Shown: positions 9,080 to 16,768 of the stretch, one piece after another | Numbering within the stretch: position 1 is the stretch's first letter | How the letters are laid out: every line of letters starts with the position of its first letter | Source of the DNA: Dehalococcoidia bacterium | Lineage (GTDB): Bacteria > Chloroflexota > Dehalococcoidia > JAENJB01 | NCBI GenBank assembly: GCA_016844565.1 | Contig: JAENJB010000001.1 | Span: 1-45,218, forward strand | Reading direction: 5' to 3' | Length of the DNA stretch: 45,218 nt | Notes under the pieces: model-generated | Databases searched by the model: none | What the model saw: the letters and a program-made list of their open reading frames with translations, nothing else | What the model was told of the DNA's origin: nothing | Translations under genes and position numbers: made by a program

Positions 9080-9091
9080 TGCCCCCAGTTT

Positions 9092-9235
9092 AATAGTTAG
9101 TTGAGGCGCCCGAGGGTGACCGAGGGCCCAACTGGAATGCAAGGCGGTGAAAGTCCGCCGCGGCCCCGCCGCTGTGAATGGTAGCTTAGCTACCACAAGC
9201 CAGAACGCCAGCCTCAAGATGTTCTCTGTACCTCC
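9092..9235 (+). promoter_or_regulatory. Cobalamin (B12) riboswitch
   Basis: The core reads GGAAtgcaaGGcGGTGaAAgTCCgccGCgGcCCCGCcgCTGTgAatgg, followed by a short hairpin and a B12-box-like AAGCCAGAAcGCCaGCC. It lies upstream of corrin-synthesis and cobalt-transport genes. Confidence 0.8.
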
Positions 9236-9258
9236 GTGGGGGAGGGCTGGAAATTTTT

Positions 9259-9289
9259 GCCCCCTCACCTGAAGAGGTGAGGGGTTTTT
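9259..9289 (+). terminator. Intrinsic terminator (riboswitch expression platform)
   Basis: The stem is CCCCTCACC/GGTGAGGGG (9 bp) with a 6-nt loop, followed by TTTTTT. It lies 24 nt before the ATG at 9313. Confidence 0.75.
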
Positions 9290-9312
9290 TGTTTCCTGGG
9301 GGCGCAGGTCTC

Positions 9313-10326
9313 ATGGAAAAAGAAACGAACCACAAGGGAATCCTGGTCCTCGCTCACGGCTCACGGCGGGCGGAGGCCGGTGACCTGGTCACCAATATGG
9401 TGGCCAGGCTCCGCGCGGACCTGGATTCTGACCTGGTAGAGCCGGCCTTCATGGAGCTGGCCATGCCGGATATTCCCACCAGCCTGACGAAATTGATCGG
9501 CAAGGGATGCCGGCAAATAGTGGTGTTGTGCTTGTTCCTGGTGAACGGGAATCACCTGGTGAAAGATGTTCCCTCCCTGCTGGAGAAAGCCCTTGCTCAA
9601 CGCGACGGCGTAAGCTTTACCTTAACCCCGCCTTTGCTGCAAAGCCCCGGGATGTATCACCTGGTCCTAGAGTGCCTGCAGCGGGAAGTGGAGCCCCCGA
9701 AGAAAGCTCCCTTGAAGTCTCCTGCCGGGATCGAGGCGGCCAGCTTCCAAATCATAGAGAAGAGGCTTGGTCCGCTCCCGTTTCCACCGGGGGAAAGCGC
9801 GGTGGTTAAGCGCGTCGTTCACGCCACCGCGGATTTCAGCTACGCCCTCACACTTCGTTTTCACGGCGACCCGGTAACCGCGGCTATAAGAGCCATAAGG
9901 GAACGGCGACCTGTCATTGTGGACGCCAACATGGTCAGGGCCGGAATATCCACCGGCTACCCCGGCGAGGTGCTGTGCCGCATCCAGGATATGAAGGGGC
10001 TGTCCGAGGTGAGGGGTGACACCAGGGCCAGCCTGGCCATGGAGCAGCTCGCCGACAGGATGGAGGGCGCCATCGTGGCGGTCGGAAACGCGCCGACGGC
10101 CCTTCTCAAGGTGATCGAGCTGGTGGAGACCGGGCGCGTGAAGCCGGCGCTGGTGGTGGGAGTGCCCGTCGGCCTGGTGGGCGCCCTGGAGGCCAAGCGC
10201 CACCTCGACGAGCTGGAAGGGCAGCCGCGCATCACCAACCTCTCGGAAAGGGGGGGGAGCGCCGTAGCTGCTTCCATAGTGAACGCGCTGGTCAAGCTCG
10301 CCGCCGTCGATGGAAACCTACAGTAG
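9313..10326 (+). CDS. cbiX/cbiC: Fusion protein: CbiX-type sirohydrochlorin cobaltochelatase (N-terminal) and precorrin-8X methylmutase CbiC (C-terminal)
   Basis: The N-terminal part reads ILVLAHGSRR...VVLCLFLVNGNHLVKDVP (small CbiX). The C-terminal part reads VHATADF...VDANMV...VAVGNAPTAL...VVGVPVGLVGALEAK...ERGGSAVAASIVNAL (CbiC). I chose ATG 9313 because the track start 9277 lies inside the terminator. Confidence 0.88.
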   Translation: MEKETNHKGILVLAHGSRRAEAGDLVTNMVARLRADLDSDLVEPAFMELAMPDIPTSLTKLIGKGCRQIVVLCLFLVNGNHLVKDVPSLLEKALAQRDGVSFTLTPPLLQSPGMYHLVLECLQREVEPPKKAPLKSPAGIEAASFQIIEKRLGPLPFPPGESAVVKRVVHATADFSYALTLRFHGDPVTAAIRAIRERRPVIVDANMVRAGISTGYPGEVLCRIQDMKGLSEVRGDTRASLAMEQLADRMEGAIVAVGNAPTALLKVIELVETGRVKPALVVGVPVGLVGALEAKRHLDELEGQPRITNLSERGGSAVAASIVNALVKLAAVDGNLQ

Positions 10327-10351
10327 TGAGGACGTCTACTGATGGAACGGC

Positions 10352-10448
10352 GTCATTGCGAGCCCATCCCGACTTGTCGGGAGGGCGAAGCAATCTCTGT
10401 GCCCCTAGGGCCGTATGAGATTGCTTCGGGCTTCGCCCTCGCAATGAC
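10352..10448. repeat. Family A nested palindrome (97-bp long isoform)
   Basis: It has the same length and about 90% or higher identity by eye to the copies at 14921, 18223 and 45001. Confidence 0.9.
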
Positions 10449-10508
10449 AGAAAAGGGCGGTGGGTTGCAAAACGACCTGAGTAAGTCCAAATTTATAGGA
10501 GGTGCACG

Positions 10509-10724
10509 ATGAACACTCTAGCAACGAAAAGGCATGGGGGATTCCTGGGGAAGGCTTCGGCTTACTGGCCGGTCCTTCTGGCCTCCACGGCGGGCCTCTA
10601 CCTCGTCGCCCTGTACCAGACTGAGGCCGTGCGTGCCATGGTGGGCCAGACAGGCCAGACCATGGACCTGCTGCACGAGGTCTTCCACGACGTGCGGCAC
10701 GCCGCCGGCTTTATGTGCCATTGA
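10509..10724 (+). CDS. cbtB: Cobalt transporter subunit CbtB
   Basis: It has one TM segment and the C-terminal signature LLHEVFHDVRHAAGFMCH (His/Cys-rich CbtB motif). It is followed by cbtA. Confidence 0.85.
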   Translation: MNTLATKRHGGFLGKASAYWPVLLASTAGLYLVALYQTEAVRAMVGQTGQTMDLLHEVFHDVRHAAGFMCH

Positions 10725-11470
10725 TGAGTCCCGACCGTTTCTACCCGGTGCTGAAGGCGGCCCTTCTCGCCGGGCTGGTCGCCGGGCTAGTCATGGGCCT
10801 CTACCATTTCGTGCTCACCGAGCCCGTGATTGACCGCGCTATCGCCCTGGAGGACGAGGCGGCCATGGCGCCCGGCCAGGCCGCCCGCTACGCACCGCTG
10901 GTCTCCCGGGGGGTTCAGAAGGGGATGCTGATAGTGGGCAGCGCCCTCTACGGCCTGGCGGCAGGCGTCGTTTTCGCTGCCGTCTTCGCCCTCCTGGGGC
11001 GGCGCTTCCCCGGCCGGTGGCCCGATATTAAGGCAGTGGCGCTGGCAGCAGTACTGTGGTGGTCGGTGGGCCTGGTCCCTTTCCTGAAGTACCCGGCTAA
11101 TCCGCCGGGTGTGGGAGACCCGGAGACTCTCTACTTCCGGGAGAGCATCCAGCTCGGTTTCATCGCTCTTTCCGTTCTGGCGGTGGCGCTCGCCTGGCTG
11201 AGCTACCGGCTGCTGGGCAGGTGGTGGACTTCGGCGTCGAAGGCGCAGCGGCTGTTACCGGCGGTGGCGCTCTACGGCGTCATGGCCGTCTTGCTCGCTC
11301 TTCTCATGCCCCCTAACCCCGACGCCGTCACGGCGCCGGCCGACCTCGTCTGGGACTTCCGCATTCTCTCCCTGTCCGGCCAGGTGTTCTTCTGGGCTGT
11401 CCTCGGCGGCGGTTCCGCCCTCTTGCTGAGGCGCTTCACCCGGAGAGGCGAGCTGAGGGAGAGCGGCTGA
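10715..11470 (+). CDS. cbtA: Cobalt transporter subunit CbtA
   Basis: It is a multi-TM protein with an N-terminus ...LKAALLAGLVAGLVMGLYHFVLTEPVIDRAI typical of CbtA. The start is either 10715 or ATG 10724, which overlaps the cbtB stop (TGATG). Confidence 0.85.
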   Translation: MPLMSPDRFYPVLKAALLAGLVAGLVMGLYHFVLTEPVIDRAIALEDEAAMAPGQAARYAPLVSRGVQKGMLIVGSALYGLAAGVVFAAVFALLGRRFPGRWPDIKAVALAAVLWWSVGLVPFLKYPANPPGVGDPETLYFRESIQLGFIALSVLAVALAWLSYRLLGRWWTSASKAQRLLPAVALYGVMAVLLALLMPPNPDAVTAPADLVWDFRILSLSGQVFFWAVLGGGSALLLRRFTRRGELRESG

Positions 11471-12591
11471 GCGCCGGACCGGAGCGCACGCTGAAAAAGG
11501 GGTACACCACCGGGACGTGCGCCCAGGCAGCCGCCAGGGCCGCCATGCTTATGCTGACCTCCGGCAAGCCCGTAGCCGAGGTGGAGGTGGAAACGGCCTC
11601 GGGCGTCAGACTCAAACTGGGCGTCATCGGGCAGGCTCCTTCGACAGGCTCAGGACAGGCATTTCAACAGGCTCAGGATGCCGGCGGCTTCGCACGCTGT
11701 GGTGTCATCAAGGATTCCGGCGATGACCCGGATGTTACCGACGGGACGGAAATCTACGCTGAGGTGAGGTTGATTCCTGGGGGGGAGGGCATCAGGATTC
11801 TCGGAGGCCGGGGCGTGGGCACGGTTACTAAGCCGGGACTTCCGGTGCCGCCCGGTGAGCCGGCTATCAACCCGGGCCCCAGGCGGATGATAGCGCAGGA
11901 GGTTGCCGCGCTCTTGCCCCTCTTGCAAAGGGACTGCGGGGCCGAGGTCACCATTAGCGTGCCTGACGGGGAGAGGTTAGCGGCCATGACCTATAATCCA
12001 AGGCTCGGAATAGTGGGCGGCATCTCCATCCTGGGCACTTCGGGTATTGTAGAGCCCAGGTCGGAGGAAGCCTACCGGGCCACTCTGTCACTTCAGGTGA
12101 AGGTGGCCAGGGCAGCCGGTTTGAGAAAGGTGGCCCTCTGTCCCGGTTATCTGGGGGAGCGCTTCTGCAATCGAGAGTTGGGCATGCCGGAGGATGCCAT
12201 CATCCGGGTGGGCGACCACGTGGGCTTCGCCCTGGGGGAATGCGCCAAGAGCGGCGTGGAGGAAGTGCTCCTGGTGGGCCACCTGGGAAAGCTGGTGAAG
12301 GTAGCGGTGGGCATCTTCAATACTCATCACACTATGGGCGATGCCAGGATGGAGACCATCGCCGCCTACGCCGCCCTCTGCGGTGCGGGCCAGGACGTGG
12401 TGAAGGAAATCATGGCCCAGGATACCGCTGAAGCCACGGTGGCCATCCTCAGACAGCACGACCTCATGGCTGTTTTCGACAGGATAACTGAAGCGGTGGC
12501 CCGTCGGGCCTCCCGGCTGGCAAATGGCGTCCTGGCGGTAGAGTGCGTTATTCTCGACCTCAAGGGGGAGGTGCTGGGCCGGTGCCCGTAG
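11467..12591 (+). CDS. cbiD: Cobalt-precorrin-5B (C1)-methyltransferase CbiD
   Basis: The protein contains LKKGYTTGTCAQAAARAA... and ...GGISILGTSGIVEPRSEE...LVGHLGKLVKVAVGIFNTHH. The conserved GYTTGTCA motif lies upstream of the first canonical start at 11545, so the start is uncertain (CTG 11467 or 11491). Confidence 0.88.
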   Translation: MSAGPERTLKKGYTTGTCAQAAARAAMLMLTSGKPVAEVEVETASGVRLKLGVIGQAPSTGSGQAFQQAQDAGGFARCGVIKDSGDDPDVTDGTEIYAEVRLIPGGEGIRILGGRGVGTVTKPGLPVPPGEPAINPGPRRMIAQEVAALLPLLQRDCGAEVTISVPDGERLAAMTYNPRLGIVGGISILGTSGIVEPRSEEAYRATLSLQVKVARAAGLRKVALCPGYLGERFCNRELGMPEDAIIRVGDHVGFALGECAKSGVEEVLLVGHLGKLVKVAVGIFNTHHTMGDARMETIAAYAALCGAGQDVVKEIMAQDTAEATVAILRQHDLMAVFDRITEAVARRASRLANGVLAVECVILDLKGEVLGRCP

Positions 12592-12596
12592 AGAAG

Positions 12597-13223
12597 GTGT
12601 GCGTGGTGGGTATGGGGCCAGGGGCTGAAGACTACCTCATCCCGCTGGCCCGGAAGAAGATCGAGGAGGCGGACGTTCTGGTGGGCAGCCCCCGCCTGAC
12701 TGGCCTTTTCCCCGGCAAAGAGGCGCGGGGGCTGGATTTCAGCGGAGAGCCGCCCACAACGGTCAGCTACATTCTGGAGAACCGGCAGCGGAAGAGGATC
12801 GCGGTGCTGGTCTCGGGGGACCCCGGCCTGTACAGTTTTCTTGGAGTTCTGGCCCGCTACCTGAGGCCGGAGGAATACGAGATCGTTCCCGGCATAAGCT
12901 CGGTGCAGCTGGCCTTCGCCAGGCTGAAGGAAAGCTGGGAAGATGCTTTCATCCACTCCGTTCACGGTCGCAAGCTGGACGGTCTTATCGAAGTGGTAAA
13001 ACAGCACCCCAAAGTTGCCCTGCTCACCGATGGGCGGCTTTCCCCCCGGGAGATAGCGCTTTACCTCCGCGCGGGGGGAATAGAGGATAGAGAGATGGTG
13101 GTATGCTCGGACCTTTCCTATCCCGGGGAAAGGGTGACCCGCCTGGACATGGAGGCGGCCGGGCCCCAGGCTGAGGACAAAGGTAACTATGTGATGATTA
13201 TCAGGGGAAAGCGGTCATGCTAG
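12597..13223 (+). CDS. cbiE: Cobalt-precorrin-7 (C5)-methyltransferase CbiE
   Basis: The protein reads VVGMGPGAEDYLIPLARKKIEEADVLVGSPRL.... I prefer GTG 12597 because the track start 12543 overlaps cbiD. ATG 12612 is also possible. Confidence 0.85.
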   Translation: MCVVGMGPGAEDYLIPLARKKIEEADVLVGSPRLTGLFPGKEARGLDFSGEPPTTVSYILENRQRKRIAVLVSGDPGLYSFLGVLARYLRPEEYEIVPGISSVQLAFARLKESWEDAFIHSVHGRKLDGLIEVVKQHPKVALLTDGRLSPREIALYLRAGGIEDREMVVCSDLSYPGERVTRLDMEAAGPQAEDKGNYVMIIRGKRSC

Positions 13224-13936
13224 GCAAGTTCTACGGGGTGGGCATCGGCCCCGGGAGCCCCGACCTGCTCACCTTGCGGGCCAAGCGGGTGCTGGAGGCG
13301 GTGAACGTGATCTGCGTGCCCCGGTCTGCCACCGGTGAGCACAGCCTGGCGCGCTCCATTCTGGAAAAGGCGCTGACCGGCGCCGCTCAGTACCTTGAGC
13401 TGGACTTCCCCATGGTGAGGGACAAGGAGACTTTGCACCAGCACTGGGACCGGGCCGTCGAGAGGATAGTGGAGCGCCTGCAAATGGGAGAAGATGTGGC
13501 CTTCGCCACGCTGGGCGACCCCCTTCTCTACTCCACCTACAACTATGTCCTGTCCATAATGCAGCAGAGGTTCCCCCAGGTCACGGTGGAGACCGTCCCC
13601 GGGCTAAGTTCTTTTAGCGCCGCTGCCTCCCTGGCCAACCTGTCCCTGGCGGAAGGCGAAGAAGCCGTAGCCATCTTGCCGGTCCCGCACGATTCCGGGC
13701 ATCTGGAGCGTGTCTTGCGCGAGTTCGACACCGTGGTCTTGATGAAGGTGGCCGACCGGCTGGGTATGGTGCTGGAGGTCCTGCGGCGGCTGGGGCTCAT
13801 GGAGAAGGCGGTGTTGGTGAGCCGCGCCGGCCTGCCCGGCGAGACGGTGGTCAGGGACCTCTCTTCGATAACCGACGCGAAGCTGGGATATCTATCCGTA
13901 ATCATTGTCGCCACCAGGGAACGGAAGGGGACATGA
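13217..13936 (+). CDS. cbiL: Cobalt-precorrin-2 (C20)-methyltransferase CbiL
   Basis: The N-terminus MLGKFYGVGIGPGSPDLLTLRAKRVLEAVNVICVP is CbiL/CobI-like. Confidence 0.9.
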   Translation: MLGKFYGVGIGPGSPDLLTLRAKRVLEAVNVICVPRSATGEHSLARSILEKALTGAAQYLELDFPMVRDKETLHQHWDRAVERIVERLQMGEDVAFATLGDPLLYSTYNYVLSIMQQRFPQVTVETVPGLSSFSAAASLANLSLAEGEEAVAILPVPHDSGHLERVLREFDTVVLMKVADRLGMVLEVLRRLGLMEKAVLVSRAGLPGETVVRDLSSITDAKLGYLSVIIVATRERKGT

Positions 13937-14685
13937 CGGTCTATTTCATCGGTGGGGGACCGGGAGACCCGGAACTGCTCACCATCAGGGCCAAGAAGGC
14001 GATTGAGAAGGCCGACATCGTGGTCTATGCCGGCTCGCTGATCAGCCCCCGGCTTCTGGAGTTCTCCAAACCGGGCGCCGAGCTGATAGATTCCTCGCCC
14101 CTGGACCTGGAGGGGCTGCAGGCGGTCTTCCGCAGGGCCGGGAGGAAAGGCAAGGACGTGGCCCGCATCCACAGCGGCGACCTCTCCCTGTACAGCGCGG
14201 CGCAGGAGCAGATGGACTGGTGCCAGGAAAACGGGGTGGACTTCGTGGCCATTCCCGGGGTGAGCTCCTTTTCGGCGGCCTGCGCCTCGCTGCATCAGGA
14301 GTTAACCCTTCCCGGCGTCAGCCAGACGGTCATCCTGACTCGCCTGGCAGGCAGAACTCCGGTGCCGCCGCGGGAGGACCTGGCCAAGCTGGCCGGAATC
14401 GGAGCCAGCATGGTGATCTTCCTCAGCGTCCAGCGTATCGAGGAGGTGGTGGGCAAGCTCACGGAGGCTTACCCTTTGACAACGCCGGTAGCGGTGGTGG
14501 AGAGGGCCTCATGGCCCGAGGAGACCATCATCCGGGGGAACTTAGAAGACATCGCGGGCAAGGTAAAGCGGGCTAAGATAAGGAGGACAGCCCTCATCAT
14601 CATCGGCGAGGTGCTGAACAAAAAGTACCGGAAGTCGAGGCTGTACGCCGCCGAGTTCGAGCACGCTTTTCGGACGCGGAAATGA
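13933..14685 (+). CDS. cbiF: Cobalt-precorrin-4 (C11)-methyltransferase CbiF
   Basis: The protein reads VYFIGGGPGDPELLTIRAKKAIEKADIVVYAGSLI. ATGA overlaps the cbiL stop. Confidence 0.92.
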   Translation: MTVYFIGGGPGDPELLTIRAKKAIEKADIVVYAGSLISPRLLEFSKPGAELIDSSPLDLEGLQAVFRRAGRKGKDVARIHSGDLSLYSAAQEQMDWCQENGVDFVAIPGVSSFSAACASLHQELTLPGVSQTVILTRLAGRTPVPPREDLAKLAGIGASMVIFLSVQRIEEVVGKLTEAYPLTTPVAVVERASWPEETIIRGNLEDIAGKVKRAKIRRTALIIIGEVLNKKYRKSRLYAAEFEHAFRTRK

Positions 14686-14700
14686 CTTGCGCGAGAGATT

Positions 14701-14872
14701 GTCACTACCGTGAGAATAGCCCCCGGTGCGCTGTCATTGCGAGCGAAGCGAAGCAATCTCCGGGCTCCTACTACCCAGAGCCGTGTGAGATTGCTTCGTC
14801 GCCTCCGGCTCCTCGCAATGACGAACAACTGCGGTGGGGCTATATTGCCATGCTTCGTGGTGTCCCAATGCA
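14701..14872. repeat. Composite family A element: left module, 90-bp palindrome (14733-14822) and 50-nt tail
   Basis: The left module GTCACTACCgtGAGAATAGCC... resembles those at 18186 and 44964. The 75 bp at 14748-14822 are identical to 35061-35135. The tail 14823-14872 matches 15018-15067 at 43/50 positions. Confidence 0.85.
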
Positions 14873-14920
14873 ATCGGGACATGGGAGATTACCTAGAAAT
14901 TACCAGCTCCAGCACAGCCT

Positions 14921-15067
14921 GTCATTGCGAGCCCATCCCGACCTGGCGGGAGGGCGAAGCAATCTCTGAGCCACTAGCACCGTATGAGATTGCTTCGGGC
15001 TTCGCCCTCGCAATGACGGACAACTGTGGCGGGGCTATGTTTTCATGCTTCGTGGTGCCCCAATGCA
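14921..15067. repeat. Family A 97-bp long isoform (14921-15017) plus 50-nt tail that contains the cbiG start codon
   Basis: I aligned it directly to 10352, 18223 and 45001. The tail is a paralogue of 14823-14872. Confidence 0.85.
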
Positions 15068-15917
15068 GATAACTTGCGCCATCGTAGCTCTGAATGCCAC
15101 TGGTGCGGCAATAGCGGAGAGACTGCGCCTCTCCCTGCCCGGGGCCGAGCTCTATCTTCTTCGTAGTGAGGAAGATAGAGCGTCCAAGACGGGCGAAGCC
15201 CCTTCCGTCAGTTTGTCATTGCGAGGAATCCGCCATAAGCGGATGACGAAGCAATCTCCACACATCTATTTCGATAACCTCGGCGAACTGGTGGGCCGCA
15301 TCTTCCCGGAGTACAGGAACCTGGTGTTCGTCATGGCCGTCGGGATCGTGGTGAGGGTGCTGGCGCCCCATATCAGAGACAAGAAGAGCGACCCGGCGGT
15401 GGTAGTGGTGGATGAGGGGAGAAGATTCGCCATAAGCCTGCTTTCGGGACACGAGGGAGGGGCCAACACCCTGGCCCTTCAGGTGGCCAATGCCTGTGGG
15501 GCGCAGCCGGTGATCACCACCGCTTCGGAGGTCCTCAAGCCGCTGATAGTGGGCATCGGCGCCCGGCGCGGCGTGGAGAAGAAGGCGGTGGTGCAGGCGG
15601 TGTTGGAAGTCCTGGCCGGGGTTGGACGGGCGCCGGCTGAAGTGAAGTGGCTGGCCACCATAGACCTGAAAGGGGACGAGCCCGGCCTGCGGGCGGCTTC
15701 CGAGGAGTTGGGCATCCCTTTGCGTGTCATCTCCCGGGAAGCGGTGCGCGGCTTTGCCGGCGACTACCACCGTTCCTCATTGGTGAAAGACCGGATAGGA
15801 GTGGAAGGAGTATGCGAACCATGCGCCCTGCTGGCGGGAAAGAACCCGCGGCTCATAGCGCCGAGGAAAAGCTTCGGGGGGGTAATGGTGGCCGTAGCCG
15901 AGGAAGGCTCTCTGTGA
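15063..15917 (+). CDS. cbiG: Cobalt-precorrin-5A hydrolase CbiG
   Basis: The protein shows ...IVALNATGAAIAERL...LPGAELY, ...NLVFVMAVGIVVRVLAPHIRDKKSDPAVVVVDE.GRFAISLLSGHEGGAN and ...PVITTASE. I prefer ATG 15063 over 15045. Confidence 0.85.
   Translation: MQITCAIVALNATGAAIAERLRLSLPGAELYLLRSEEDRASKTGEAPSVSLSLRGIRHKRMTKQSPHIYFDNLGELVGRIFPEYRNLVFVMAVGIVVRVLAPHIRDKKSDPAVVVVDEGRRFAISLLSGHEGGANTLALQVANACGAQPVITTASEVLKPLIVGIGARRGVEKKAVVQAVLEVLAGVGRAPAEVKWLATIDLKGDEPGLRAASEELGIPLRVISREAVRGFAGDYHRSSLVKDRIGVEGVCEPCALLAGKNPRLIAPRKSFGGVMVAVAEEGSL
15215..15258. repeat. Family A left-half fragment embedded in frame inside cbiG
   Basis: GTCATTGCGAGgaATCCGCcataaGCGGATgaCGAAGCAATCTC is translated as ...SLSLRGIRHKRMTKQSP... 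in a variable CbiG loop. Confidence 0.7.
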
Positions 15918-16657
15918 TAGGCACGGGCCCGGGGCCCATCGAAGATATGACTCTCCGGGCGCTCAACGCCATAGACGCCTGCGACGTTATCCTGGGTTAC
16001 TCAACCTACATCAACTTGTTGGGAAGCCGGGTGGAGGGGAAGGAAGTTGTCGTCTTCGGCATGGGGGAAGAGATAGCCCGTGCCCGGCGAGCTGTTCAAG
16101 AGGCCCTATCGGGCAAGAAAGCGGTCCTGGTCAGCAGCGGGGACCCGGGCATATACGGTATGGCCGGCCCGGTCCTCGAGGTGATACACCGGGAAAACCT
16201 CGACGTTGACCTGGAGATAATCCCCGGGGTCACGGCTCTCTGCGCCTGCAGCGCCAGACTGGGGGCGCCCATCATGAACGACTTCGCCGTCATCAGCCTG
16301 AGCGACCTGTTGACGCCGTGGGAGGTGGTCAAGAGGCGGCTGGAGGCAGCGGCCCAGGGAGACCTGGTGGTTGTCCTCTATAACCCCGGCAGCAGGGGGC
16401 GGAGGACGCAGATAGAAGAGGCGCGCCGGATACTGCTCAAATACCGTTCGCCGCAGACCTGGGTTGGGATAGTGCGCGGTGCCGGGAGGGAGGGGGAGGA
16501 GGTGCTGATAGCGAATCTGGCCTCCCTGCCGCTGGAGAAGGTGGACATGCAGACGACGGTCATCATAGGCAACTCGACCACCTTCGTTCACCAGGGCCGG
16601 ATGGTGACGCCGAGAGGCTATCGGGAGGAGGAATCCAGAAATGCGCAAGCCAGATAG
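15914..16657 (+). CDS. cbiH: Cobalt-factor III / precorrin-3B (C17)-methyltransferase CbiH
   Basis: The protein reads VIGTGPGPIEDMTLRALNAIDACDVILGYSTYINLL. GTG 15914 overlaps the cbiG stop (GTGA) and GAGGAAGG lies upstream. The N-terminal part of the track ORF overlaps cbiG out of frame. Confidence 0.9.
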   Translation: MIGTGPGPIEDMTLRALNAIDACDVILGYSTYINLLGSRVEGKEVVVFGMGEEIARARRAVQEALSGKKAVLVSSGDPGIYGMAGPVLEVIHRENLDVDLEIIPGVTALCACSARLGAPIMNDFAVISLSDLLTPWEVVKRRLEAAAQGDLVVVLYNPGSRGRRTQIEEARRILLKYRSPQTWVGIVRGAGREGEEVLIANLASLPLEKVDMQTTVIIGNSTTFVHQGRMVTPRGYREEESRNAQAR

Positions 16658-16768
16658 ATAGACGGTGGTTCTGCCCCAACCAAGGACTTCCGAGGTCTTG
16701 ACAGGAGCGGGGTACGTTAACTAAGATAGCCTCCCATTCGCCAACGCTTCCCATAGATGAGGTGACTG

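Noticed and set aside
14682-15072. The ORFs 14682-14969 and 14710-15072 and similar short ORFs (8951-9268, 19177-19527, 26514-26714, 34974-35186, 39754-40185).
   Set aside because: These are translations of the palindromic repeats or their flanks. The same peptides (LRFARND, CHCEP, SEAKQS, RSDEES) appear in both orientations wherever a repeat occurs, and they have no RBS support.
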